This document shows, in pieces, positions 51,245 to 62,802 of a stretch of DNA of 64,000 nt (within the stretch, counting starts at the first letter, position 1; every line of letters starts with the position of its first letter). The DNA comes from Pristiophorus japonicus (Eukaryota), in assembly GCF_044704955.1 (NCBI RefSeq), contig NW_027254533.1:1-64000 (forward strand), given 5' to 3'. The position numbers and the translations under genes were made by a program. The notes below the pieces were generated by a model. That model ran no database searches. It saw nothing but the letters and a program-made list of their open reading frames with translations, and had not been told where the DNA came from.

Positions 51245-52560
51245 ATGTCAGGTTCTATTAAAGAGCAAGGGGAGAGGAAGAAGAATGGAAGAGCTGTAGT
51301 GGTAGGGGCTTCAATAGTCAGGGAAGCAGACAGTCGGTTCTGCGGCCGCAGCTGTGACTCCAGGATGGTATGTTGCCTCACTGCAGCTAGGGTCAAGGAT
51401 GTCACCGAACGGTTGCAGGGCTTTCTGGGTGGAGGAGGATGAACAGCCAGAGGTCCTGATCCCTATCGGGACAAACGTCATGGGTAGTAAGAGGGATGAG
51501 GTTCTCCAGGCAGAATTTAGGGAGCTAGGAGACAGATTAAAAAGCAAGACCCCAAAACTAGTAATCTCCAGATTAATCCAGTTGTCAAGAGCTAGTGAGT
51601 ACGGAAATAGGAGAATAGAGCAGGTAGATGTGTGACTGATTGAAATAGTACAAGAGGGAGGGCTTTCGAATCCTGAAGCATTGGAACCGCTTCTGGTGGA
51701 GGTGTGACCTGTACAAGCCAGAACGGGTTTCACCTCAACAGAGCCGGACCAATATCCACGCGGGTTGGTCGGGTGGGGTTGCGGGGATTGAGAGGGGTTG
51801 ATCGTGCTGTTGCGGAGGGTTTAGATTATCTTGGCTTGGGAATAGGAAAAGGATAATAGATTCTCTTTGAAGGGGAATTAATAATGGAGCGCAGGGAAAT
51901 GGCAGAGACGTTGAACAAATATTTTGTACCGGTATTCACGGTAGAAAACACCAAAAACATCCCAATAGTGGATAATCAAGGGGCTATAGGTAGCGAGGAA
52001 CTTAATCCAATCACTATCACTAATGAAGTAGTATTAGGTAAAATAATGGGACTAAAGTTGGACAAGTCTCCTGGACCTGAGGCATTATATCTTAGGATCT
52101 TTAGAGAAGTGGCTGCAGAGATAGTAGATGCATTTGTTGTAATCTACCAAAATTCCCTGGATTCTGGGGTGGTCCCATCAGATTGGAAAACCACAAATGT
52201 AATGCGACTATTTCAAAAATCAGGCAGCTACAAATTAGGAAACTAGACCAGTTAGCCAAATATCTGTCATTGTGAAAATGCTGGAGTCCATTACTAAGGA
52301 AGCAGTAGCGGGACATTTGGAAAGCAGGATCCAATCAAGAAGAGTCTGCATGGTTTTATGAAAGGGAAATCACGTTTGAAAAATTTGCTGGAGTGGGTAA
52401 CGAGCAGGGTCGATAAAGGATAATCATTAGATGTGTTTTATTTGGATTTCCAGAAGGCATTCGATAATGTACCACATAAGTGGTTACTGCACAAATTAAA
52501 AGCTCACCTGGTTGTGTAATATATTACCATTGATTGAAGATTGACTAACTAACAGAGCAA
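51245..52560 (+). mobile_element. Degenerate CR1 with an ORF1 esterase remnant and internally deleted ORF2
   Basis: AVVVGASIVR..RFCGRSCDSRMVCCL..IGTNVMG; KSPGPEALYLRIFREVAAEI. Confidence 0.88.
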
Positions 52561-54031
52561 ACCATACAATAGCCAAGAGATCAGGAGAAATGAAAGGTGG
52601 AAGGAACATAGTTATGATTATACATTCTGGGGAGGGTTTCTTGGCAAGATATGCAGTTACTGTTGAAGAAGCTGGTAATGAGCAAGGGAATTGCAGCTGC
52701 AAAAATCCCCAACCACCTTTAAAGCTGGAGTAGCAGGAAGAGCTGCATCTGAGTTTCCTGTGGGCGGCTGGGCATGTGAGCCGCTCCTACGCCCGGATGA
52801 AACGTGCTGCAATAAGCACTGAGACACCGCCTACTTTTCAAAAGCATCTGTTTGACGGACATTCCACCATTTGTTTCTGACAAACAGTTGGCCATATATG
52901 TTTGATGTGCTGTCGGCCGTGTTAGTATGACGTAGCTATGTTTCTGTGACGTCTCATTACATGAACTTATGTTTCTTTACAACCATTTAAATAAAACATG
53001 ACTTAAATTCCCACAAAGGAAACAATTTTACTTTTTCAATAAAAACTAGCAAATAGGCGACAGAAATAAAGATACAGGCAGCCACGATTAAAGTGTTTGA
53101 CAGGTTTGAGCCACAATGCCCTTCACACTACCCAGATGCTTTGTCGTTTGGCGAGTAGCACATGTGCGAACAGTCCTCCCATAGAGCACCGCGGCCCGGG
53201 GACCACATTGAGCCTTTTTTGGCCGCTTTGCATTGTGAAAGCTCTGTTATTCACGACTCCTTAAATCATTGAAAGGATGTGAGCTAAAGGAACCAGTGAA
53301 TGCCAATTTATTCAAGCCCCCATAAGGCAATCAGAGCTCTCCGTATGAGCTAATAGCACTTGGTCAGATGTATTTCAGGTTAATCAAAGCATGGAAGTTA
53401 TATTATTGAGTCAGAGACCGGAAAGTAAGAAGAGCAAATTGTACAAAAATCTTTATTTTCCTCAGAGTCCCCGAAACATACAACTATTTTCTATTTCATA
53501 TCCTCCCTCATTCGGTTGAGTGATTGCAGGACCACTGTTTTCAAGTTTGGAAAGTTACAGCTGTCTTTAGGTGAAATTTAAAGAAAGTAATGGGCCGGAG
53601 CCTTCCACGAGCAGAACAACACGATAAATATCCAGATTTAAAGGAATACACGGGATGAAATCACCCACAGAGGCAGAATATAGGAACTAGAACCTTTCCT
53701 ATTAAGTAAGCGACAAGCTGACCTTGGAGCTCCTGGAGCTGATCTGAACATCCATCCATCAAGTCAAGGGAAAACAGCTGATCAGAAGCAGAAAGGACAG
53801 TTTAGAAGTCAGTTCATTCGATGGTGGTCGATTCACAGGTCGATTTTCGGACCGATTGAATAATGCAACTTGTTTTCTCGGCCGCTCCTGGAATCATTTG
53901 GCTGACAATTGGATCCGAGGTTAATTTGGTATATTCTCTGTGTGTCTGAGCGCCTGACAGCGCGCTGCACACTGTGGCTGCATCTGCCCGCGATTCCAAC
54001 AGGCAGGAGCTCCGCCGAACAGGCCAATGGC

Positions 54032-54070
54032 AGTTTTTGTACGGTGGTGATGTTGCTTTCCATCTCTGCA
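54032..54070 (-). promoter_or_regulatory. 23-bp-spacer recombination signal sequence with a defective heptamer
   Basis: On the minus strand: TGCAGAG, a 23-nt spacer, then ACAAAAACT, directly after the V coding end. The heptamer lacks the essential CAC. Confidence 0.8.
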
Positions 54071-54374
54071 TGTCTCAGGGCGCTGTAATACACGCCAGCG
54101 TCAGTAGGGTGCAGCCCGGAGATGTTTAAGCTGATGAATTTATTCGTGATCTGGAGCTCTGCAGAGAAACGGGTTTGAGCAAAATCTGCATTATTCTCAC
54201 CACCGTTCGAATATTGCCTCAGTGTAAACGTGGGCTGTGTGTCTGGGTGTTACCAGTAGCAGAATAAATAATACAAGCTCCATGCAGTTTCATAATGCAG
54301 CTTAAATCACCATTTCACCCTGTGCCTTAACTCCTGAGGACAGCTGGTGTGTGACAGAGTCTCCTTATTCAGAT
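54071..54374 (-). pseudogene. T-cell receptor alpha/delta-type V segment pseudogene
   Basis: Acceptor GCCCAG, then GDSVTHQLSSGVKAQGEMV..SC.YETAWSLYYLFCYW*HPDTQPTFTLRQYSNGGENNADFAQTRFSAELQITNKFISLNISGLHPTDAGVYYSALR. There are FR1 frameshifts, WYRQ has become CYW*, and YYC has become YYS. Confidence 0.88.
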
Positions 54375-54485
54375 CTGGGCAACTTGTTCAAACAGGAAAA
54401 GGTCAGACCGGGCTGTGATTACAATTCAGTTTCAACCCATATTAGAAATGATAGAAAAGATTAAATAGGTTTTGTCCACAATTAT

Positions 54486-54529
54486 CTTTCAGAAATGTCC
54501 CACGCAACCCCGCTGCTGAGTCATCGCAT
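54486..54529 (-). pseudogene. Probable degenerate leader exon of the minus-strand V
   Basis: ACAATG start about 110 nt upstream of the V acceptor; ends AAAG|ATAATT (donor GT changed to AT); contains a stop and a frameshift. Confidence 0.4.
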
Positions 54530-54884
54530 TGTCGCTGCTGCTTTGTAAAAGGGGTTTGTATATTTAAAGACAACCATTCTAATACCCACTCTCAATATTC
54601 GTGTGTCGTGTCTCAGGATGCTCTCGGTTGTGCTGTGAGACCGTAGGTGGTGAGCTGGCAGCCAGTGTACGGCAACACTCCGAGCTGGGCTACACTCAGT
54701 GTACTTATACGGGAATGGTTTGGTTTTAAACACCAGTGCTGGGAATGAAACCTTTACCTGGTTATTGTGACTGAAATTTGCAGGATTGTTGATGGCTTTG
54801 TTTTATAGGGGGAGGGGCGCTTTTTAGCAATTTCTCGTTCGTCTAATTAATGTTCACGGGAGCAGAATGCGGGGAAATTGTACA

Positions 54885-55222
54885 AAAGGGCAGGGTGATT
54901 GGAGGCTGGGTTCAAACGCAGAGGATGAATGTTGGGCGGCTATAAATCGCCAGGGTGTGGTGCAGGGCAGATTAACGGCCCCCGAAGTGAGGTGTTGGAC
55001 GGCATCAAACCACCAGACTGAGGTGTTGGGCGTGTTCAGAGCGCTAGGGTAGGTGTAACGTGAACCAATAGCCCCAGGGTGAGATGTATGGCGTGTTTAG
55101 ACCCCCAGGGTGAGATGTAGGGCGCTTTCAGTGCCCTAAGGGTGAGGTGTGGAGCTGGTGCAGAGCACCAGTATGAGGTGTAGGGCGGGTTCAGACCCCT
55201 AAGGCGAGGTGTAGGCCGGGTT
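54885..55222. repeat. About 30-38-bp GC-rich tandem repeat
   Basis: Recurring CCCCAGGGTGAGGTGTAGGGCG.GTTCAGA units. Confidence 0.7.
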
Positions 55223-56304
55223 CTTTTTAATAAAAGATCAACATCAGCATGGCCGGAAAAAATGTCCTTACAACTTTCACTCATATTAGAAATGGATATG
55301 GCGCAGAAATCAAATAAATTACAGGCGGATGCGATTTATTGTTCGCCCCGTTAATATCGATCTCTACCATTGGTATAATTAATGGCATCAGAAATCAGAT
55401 CTCAGTGTGTGTCATTGATTCACATTTTAATGTTGTGTTTTCGATCTGCCACACTCTTCTCGTCACGTGTTCTGTCCACAGTTTACTAACCAAAGCCATC
55501 GTTCGATATGACTGATGTCTTTTTTTGATGATTGTGCCCGATGTACCGACCCAACCCATTTGCGGATTTCACACATTAATCTTCAATTCATTCCACAATT
55601 TGCACAACTTTTGGAATAAAGCAGAATTTAACACAATGCCCGGGATCTGATCCACAAAATGTATATTGTGACCTGACACCATCTACAGATATTCAGTGAA
55701 TTGTTCAGATCTCGGGGGAAAGTGTGGGATATTCACTGACCTGATGCAGTTCCTCCTTATGGGAAGCTGGGTTAGAGCAGTCCTGAAATAATATGCCGAG
55801 CAGCAGCAAAAGTTTTACTAAAGAGAGAGAGAAGGAAGTTCGTAGCATTATGGATAAAGAGTGGAGACAGGGGAAGAGAAGGTAGAGACAGGCACGGAAG
55901 TAGCATCGAAAGACAAAGGGTGAATTGTGGCACCACAGACATGATTTCTGAAGTTAATTTTATTATAACTACGAGTTGAAATCACAAACTAATATTAATC
56001 CGCCGTTTTACTCTCGCTGCATAGAGATAAATCACGAAGGAATTATTTTCAAGTGGCAGGCGTTTGTGTTAATACTTTCCTCTTCAACCATCATTTCACG
56101 AACTGCCTGTTCCACTGTGCCGTGGTGTCTCCATGGTAACATTAAATAATAGTAATAGTCATCATATTCATCGTCACCATCATCTCAAACAAAATAACCA
56201 TCATCGCCACCATTACACATTTAACCAATAATAACATCTGGGTTACAGCAGTGAAGGGGAGAATGGATTTTCACTGAGAAAGAAATACTTATTAAGAAGT
56301 GATA

Positions 56305-57725
56305 TAATAAGAACATAAGAACATAAGAAATGGGTACAGGATTAAGCCATGCAGTCCCTCGAGCCTGCTCCGCCATGCAATAGATCAATGCTGATCTGAT
56401 CATGAACTCAACTCCACTTCCCTGCCTGCTCCCCATAACCCATCATCCCCTTTATCATTTAAGTAACTATTTATGTCTTAAATTTATTTTATGTCCCAGT
56501 ATCCACAGTTCCCTGCGGCAGCGAATTTCACAGATTTTCAACACTCTGAGAGAAGAAATGACTCCTCATCTCTGTTTTAAATGCGCGGCCCCTTATTCTA
56601 AGATCATGCCCTCTAGTTTTACTCCACCCCATCAGTGGAAACATCTTCTCTGCATCCACGTTGCCAAGCCCTCTCATACTCTTATACGTTTCGATAAGAT
56701 CACCGCTCATACTTCTGCATTCCAATGAGTAGAGGCCCAATCTACTCAACGTTTCCTCAGAAGTCACCCACTCACCCACTTAGTGAAGCTTCTCTGAACT
56801 GCCTACAAGCAAGTATATCTTTTCGTAAATATGGAAACCAAAACTGCACACAATATGTGGCCTCACCAATATTCTGTACAGCTGTAGCAAGACATCCCGG
56901 CTTTTATACTCCATCCCCTTTGCAATAAAGGCCAAGATTCCATGGGCCCTCCTGATCACTTGGTGTACCTGCATACGATCGTTTTGTTTTTCATGCACCA
57001 GCACCTTCTCTTCCCGCTGAACTGTGGCACTTTGCAATCTTTCTCCATTTACATAAGAACTTGCTCGTTGATTTGTTCTGCAAAAGCGCTTGACCTCCCA
57101 CTTCCCAGCATTATACTCCATCTGCCAAATTCTTACCCATTCACTTAGCCTGTCTATGTCCTTTCGCAGTTTTTTGTGCCCTCCTCACACATTGCTTTTC
57201 CTCTCATCTATTTATCATCAGCAAAATTGAATACTTTACTCTCAGCCCCTTCCTCCTAGTTGTTAATATAGATTGTACATATCTGAGGTCCCAGCACTGA
57301 TGCATGCGGCGCCGCACTGGTTGCCAACCAGAGAATGAACCATTTTTCCCGACTCTCTGTTTTCTGTTAGTAAGCCAATCCTCTATCCATGCTAATATAT
57401 TACCCCAACCCCTTGAACTATTATCTTGTTCTGTAATCTTTTATGTCAAATGACTTCCGGAAATCCAAATACATCACATCTTCTGTTCCCCATTTATCCA
57501 CCCTGTTCGTTAGATCCTCAAAGAATTCCAGCAAATTTGTCAAAAATGATTTTGCTTCATAAATCCATGGTGACTCTGCTTGACCGAATTTTGCTTTTCC
57601 AAATGTCCTGTTACTGCTTCTTTCATAATGGACTCCAACATTTTCCCAACCACAGATGTTAGGCTAATTGGTCTATAGTTTTCTGCTTTTTGGCTGACTC
57701 CTTTTTTAAACAGGGATTTTACATA
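56305..57725 (-). mobile_element. CR1 3' fragment with (CATAAGAA)n tail
   Basis: LSRLGLYSLECR..TRGHDLRIRG; ENYRPISLTSVVGKMLES. Confidence 0.9.
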
Positions 57726-57974
57726 ATGATGAGGAGCAGTGCGAGATGGTTCCACATTACATTCCCTGAGTCTGAAGCTATGGGGTCCTGGAAACCCTCT
57801 GTCGGAACAGAAATAGAGTACCATGCCCCACTGCCCTGCTGATCCAAACAATGCTAAACAGGGATCTGCAGCAGCAATCTCTCCAATAAAACAGGGCATG
57901 CAAGCAGTTTAAGGGCGCCCATGAACAGACTAACTATTTGTACTACGTCGCCCTTCTGCGCATATGCACATTAA

Positions 57975-58140
57975 TGTGTCTGTGTGTGTGTATGTGCGTG
58001 TGTGTGTGTGTGTGCGTGTGTGTGTGTGTGTGTGTCTGTGTATGTGTGGCTGAGTGCATGTCTATATGTCTATGGATGTCTATGTGTGTGTGTGAGTACG
58101 GCTGTCTGTGCATGTGTGTATGTGTATATGTATGTCTATT
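57975..58140. repeat. (TG)n microsatellite
   Basis: Seen directly in the sequence. Confidence 0.9.
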
Positions 58141-58216
58141 TGTCCGTGTTGCCAATGCACTATGCCATCGTTGTATGATCGGCAGGAGTGAGCTCTCTGA
58201 TCACTTTACAAAGATC

Positions 58217-58251
58217 ATGATCTCTATGTACAGTGGTGGCTGTTTAGAGAG
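58217..58251 (+). pseudogene. Possible degenerate leader exon of the plus-strand V
   Basis: Reads LCTVVAV*R G|GTAAAA, with a phase-1 donor 302 nt before the V acceptor; the nearby ATG is out of frame. Confidence 0.35.
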
Positions 58252-58553
58252 GTAAAAATGGGCGGGAAGAAGAAATCCCAGCCAAGCTGATAAGATCCCC
58301 GTCCTATTTGAGTTTTCCACTTCAGGCCTGGTAAAGGCAGTGATGACAGTCTCTTTTTCCTGGAGTTTAGACTGGAACAATTGAAGTGAAACTCTTCCTG
58401 TCTCTGATTATTGTCCTGAACAGAGTTTGTGATATTTTGAACCATTCTATAAGATTCTCCAATTCTCATACAACTTCTCGTTTCCATCTACGGGTGCTTC
58501 TTCTCTATCTGTTTCTCTGTCTAACCTGCTGTGTGTCTGCTGTTTATTTTCAG

Positions 58554-58669
58554 GGATGACTAGCGGAGACTCTGTGTCCCAAGGAGTCGGGTCAGAGTTG
58601 GGTGCAGATTCAGCAATAAATTGCAGTTACTCTGTATTGGCTACAAGCTATGGCCTGTTCTGGTATAGA
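58554..58669 (+). pseudogene. 5' part of a second TCR alpha/delta-type V segment, interrupted by a CR1
   Basis: Long polypyrimidine tract and TTTTCAG acceptor, then (G)MTSGDSVSQGVGSELGADSAINCSYSVLATSYGLFWYR, with the first Cys and the FR2 WYR. The CR1 tail begins inside WYR. Confidence 0.8.
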
Positions 58670-61600
58670 AACATAGAAACATAGAAAATAGGTGCAGGAG
58701 CAGGCCATTCAGCACTTCTAGCCTGCACCGCCATTCAATGGGTTCATGGCTGAACATGAAACTTCAGTACCCCCTTCCTGCTTTCACGCCATACTCCTTG
58801 ATCCCCCGAGTAGTAAGGACTTCATCTAACTCCCTTTTGAATATATTTAGCGAATAGGCCTCAACTACTTTCTATTGTAGAGAATTCCACAGGTTCACCA
58901 CACTCTGGGTGAAGAAGTTTCTCCTCATCTCGGTCCTAAATGGCTTACCCCTTATCCTTAGACTGTGACCCCTGGTTCTGGAATTCCCAAACATTGGGAA
59001 CATTCTTCCTGCATCCAACCTATCCAAACCCGTCAGAATTTTAAACGTTTCTATGAGGTCCCCTCTCACTCTTCTGAACTCCAGTGAATACAAGCCCAGT
59101 TGATCCAGTCTTTCTTGATAGGTCAGTCTCACCTTCCCGGGAATCAGTCTGGTGAGTCTTCGCTGCACTCCCTCAATAGCAAGAATGTCCTTCCTCAAGT
59201 TAGGAGACCAAAACTGTACACAATACTCCAGGTGTGGCCTCACCAAGGCCCTGTAAACTGTAGCAACACCTCCCTACCACTGTACTCAAATCCCCTCGCT
59301 ATGAAGGCCAACATGCCATTTGCTTTCTTAACCGCCTGCTGTACCTGCATGCCAACCTTCAATGACTGATGTTCAATGACATCCAGGTCTCGTTGCACCT
59401 TCCCTTTTCTTAATCTGTCACCATTCAGATAATAGTCTGTCTCTCTGTTTTTACCACCAAAGTAGATAACCTCGCATTTATCCACATTATACTTCATCTG
59501 CCACGCATTTGCGCACTCACCTAACCTATCCAAGTCACTCTGCAGCCTAATAGCATCCTCCTCGCAGCTCACACTGCCACCCAATTTAGTGTCATCCGCA
59601 AATTTGGAGATACTACATTTAATCCCCTCGTCTAAATCATTAATGTACAATGTAAACAGCTGGGGCCCCAGCACAGAACCCTGCGGTACCCCACCAGTCA
59701 CTGCCTGCCATTCCGAAAAGTACCCATTTACTCCTACTCTTTGCTTCCTGTCTGACAACCAGTTCTCAATCCACGTCAGCACACAACCCCCAATCCCATG
59801 TGCTTTAATTTGCACATTAATCTCCTGTGTGGGACCTTGTCGAAAGCCTTCTGAAAGTCCAAATATACCACATCAACTGGTACTCCTTTGTCCACTTTAC
59901 TGGAAACATCCTCAAAGAATTCCAGAAGATTTGTCAAGCATGATCTCTCTTTGACAAATCCATGCTGACTTGGACCTATCATGTCACCATTTTCCAAATG
60001 CGCTGCTATGACATCCTTAATAATTGATTCCATCATTTTACCCACTACTGAGGTCAGGCTGACCGGTCTATAATTCCCTGCTTTCTCTCTCCCTCCTTTT
60101 ATAAAAAGTGGGGTTACATTGGCTATCCTCCACTCGATAGGAACTGATCCAGATTCAATGGAATGTTGGAAAATGACTGTCAATGCATCCGCTATTTCCA
60201 AGGCCACCTCCTTAAGTACTCTGGGATGCAGTCCATCAGGCCCTGGGGATTTATTGGCCTTCAATCCCATCAATTTCCCCAACACAATTTCCCGACTAAT
60301 AAAGATTTCCCTCAGTTCCTCCTCCTTACTAGACTCTCTGACCCCCTTTTTATCCGGAAGGTTGTTTGTGTCCTCCTTTGTGAATACTGAATCAAAGTAC
60401 TTGTTCAATTGGTCTGCCATTTCTTTGTTCCCCGTTATGACTTCCCCTGATTCTGACTGCAGGGGACCTACGTTTGTCTTTACTAAACTTTTTCTCTTTA
60501 CATACCTATATAAACTTTTGCAATCCGCCTTAATGTTCCCTGCAAGCTTCTTCTCGTACTCCATTTTCCCTGCCCTAATCAAACCCTTTGTCCTCCTCTG
60601 CTGAGGTCTAAATTTATCCCAGTCCCCAGGTTCGCTGCTATTTCTGGCCAATTTGTATGCCAATACTATCCCTGATTTCCCTAGATAGCCACGGTTGAGC
60701 CACCTTCCCTTTTTATTTTTACGCCAGACAGGAATGTACAATTGTTGTAATTCATCCATGCGGTCTCTAAATGTCTGCCATTGCACATCCACAGTCAACC
60801 CCTGAAGTATCATTAACCAATCTATCTTACCCAATGCACGCCTCATACCTTCAAAGTTACCCTTCTTTACGTTCTGGACCATGGTCTCTGAATTAACTGT
60901 TTCATTCTCCATCCTAATGCAGAATTCCACCATGTTATGGTCACTCTTCCCCAAGGGGCCTCGCACAATGAGATTGCTAATTAATCCTCTCTCATTACAT
61001 AACACCCAGTCTAAGATGGCCTCCCCGCTAGTTGGTTCCTCGACATATTGGTCTAGAAATCCATCCCTTATGCACTCCAGGAAATCCTCCTCCACCGTAT
61101 TGCTTCCAGTTTGGTTAGCCCAATCTATGTGCATATTAAAGTCACCCATTATAACTGCAGCACCTTCATAGCATGCACTCGTAATTTCCTGTTTGATGCC
61201 CTCCCCAACATCACTACTACTGTTTGGAGGTCTGTACACAACTCCCACTAACTTTTATTGCCCTTTAGTGTTCTGCAGCTCTCCCCATATAGATTCCACA
61301 TCATCTAAGCTAATGTCTTTCCTAACTATTGCATTAATCTCCTCTTTAAACAGCAATGCTACCCCACATCCTTTTCCTTTTATTCTATCCTTCCTGAATG
61401 TTGAATACCCCTGGATGTTGAGTTCCCAGCCCTGATCATCCTGGAGCCACGTCTCCGTAATCCCAATCACATCATATTTGTTAACATCTATTTGCACAGT
61501 TAATTCATCCAGCTTATTGCGGATACTCCTTGCATTAAGACACAAAGCCTTCAGGCTTGCTTTTTTAACACGCTTTGTCCTTTTAGAATTTTGCTGTAAA

Positions 61601-62802
61601 GTTGCCCTTTTTGTTCTTTGCCTTGGGTTTCTCTGCCCTCCACTTTTCCTCATCTCTTTTCTGTCTTTTGCTTTTGCCTCATTTTTGTCTCCCTCTGTGT
61701 CCCTGCATAGGTTCCCATCCCCCTGCAATATTAGTTTAACTCCTCCCCAACAGCACTAGCAAACACTCCCCCTTGGACATTGGTTCCGGTCCTGCCCAGA
61801 TGCAGACTGTCCGGTTTGTACTGGTCCCACCTCCCCCAGAACCGGTTCCAATGCCCCAGGAATTTGAATCCCTCCCTGCTGCACCACTGCTCAAGCCATG
61901 TATTCATCTGCTCTATCCTGCGATTCCTACTCTGACTAGCACGTGGCACTGGTAGAAATCCCGAGATTACTACTTTTGAGGTCCTACTTTTTAATTTAGC
62001 TCCTAGCTCCTTAAAATCTTTTCGTAGGACCTCATCCCTTTTTTTACCTATGTCGTTGGTACCAATGTGCACAGCGACAACTGGCTGTTCTCCCTCCCAC
62101 TTCAGAATGTCCTGCACCCGCTCCGAGACATCCTTGACCCTTGCACCAGGGAGGCAACATACCATCCTGGAGTCTCGGTTGCGGCCGCAGAAACGCCTAT
62201 CTATTCCCCTCACCATCGAATCCCCTATCACTATCGCGCTCCCAATCATTTTCCTGCCTTCCTGTGCAGCAGAGCCAGCTACGGTGTCATGAACTTGACT
62301 GCTGCTGCCCTTCCCTGGTGAGTCATCCCCCCGAACAGTACTCAAAGCAGTGTATCTGTTTTGCAGGGGGATGACCACAGGGGACCCCTGCACTATCTTT
62401 CTTGCACTGCTCTTCCTGCTGGTCTTCCATTCCCTATCTGGCTGTGGACACTTCTCCTGCGGTAAGACCAACTCACTACACGTGATACTCACGTAATTCT
62501 CAGCATCGTGGATGCTCCAGAGTGAATCCACCCTCAGCTCCAATTCCACAACGCGGATCGTCAAGAGCTCGAGGCGGATACACTTCCCACACACGTAGCG
62601 CCCAGAGACACCGGAAGTGTCCCCGAGTTCCCACATGGTACAGGAGGAGCATATCACGTGACCGAGCTCTCCTGCCATGTCTTAACCTTAGATACCCTTA
62701 AATTGGTAATAACAATGCTAAAGTTCACTTACTGATATAAAAAAGAAAAGAAAATTTACTCACCAATCACTAGCCAATCACTTACCCCATTGGCTGTGAC
62801 TT
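58665..62802 (-). mobile_element. Near full-length CR1 LINE (5' UTR, intact ORF1, disrupted ORF2, 3' tail)
   Basis: ORF1 at 62678-61731. ORF2 pieces at 61728-61255, 61248-59776, 59815-59240 and 59246-58872 cover APE and RT. The tail is (GTTTCTAT)n. Confidence 0.96.
61731..62678 (-). CDS. CR1 ORF1p: zinc finger/coiled coil plus SGNH/GDSL esterase domain (315 aa)
   Basis: CSSC..CGKC, the heptad run LELLTIRVVELELRVDSL, and SGNH blocks GDSMVRG, HIGTND and DSLH; GCCATGG Kozak context. Confidence 0.9.
   Translation of the reverse strand: MAGELGHVICSSCTMWELGDTSGVSGRYVCGKCIRLELLTIRVVELELRVDSLWSIHDAENYVSITCSELVLPQEKCPQPDREWKTSRKSSARKIVQGSPVVIPLQNRYTALSTVRGDDSPGKGSSSQVHDTVAGSAAQEGRKMIGSAIVIGDSMVRGIDRRFCGRNRDSRMVCCLPGARVKDVSERVQDILKWEGEQPVVAVHIGTNDIGKKRDEVLRKDFKELGAKLKSRTSKVVISGFLPVPRASQSRNRRIEQMNTWLEQWCSREGFKFLGHWNRFWGRWDQYKPDSLHLGRTGTNVQGGVFASAVGEELN

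Noticed and set aside
53938-53976. Perfect heptamer CACAGTG (minus strand) just downstream of the V RSS, a possible D-segment RSS
   Set aside because: There is no acceptable nonamer at 12 or 23 nt and no opposing RSS defining a D segment.
54750-54810. Minus-strand donor CAG|GTAAAG upstream of the V, considered as a NARTCR-type J spliced to a leaderless supporting V
   Set aside because: No GxGT J motif or RSS precedes it, and a closer degenerate leader exists at 54486-54529.
56081-56119. Isolated CACTGTG heptamer
   Set aside because: No nonamer at the correct spacing and no adjacent coding segment.
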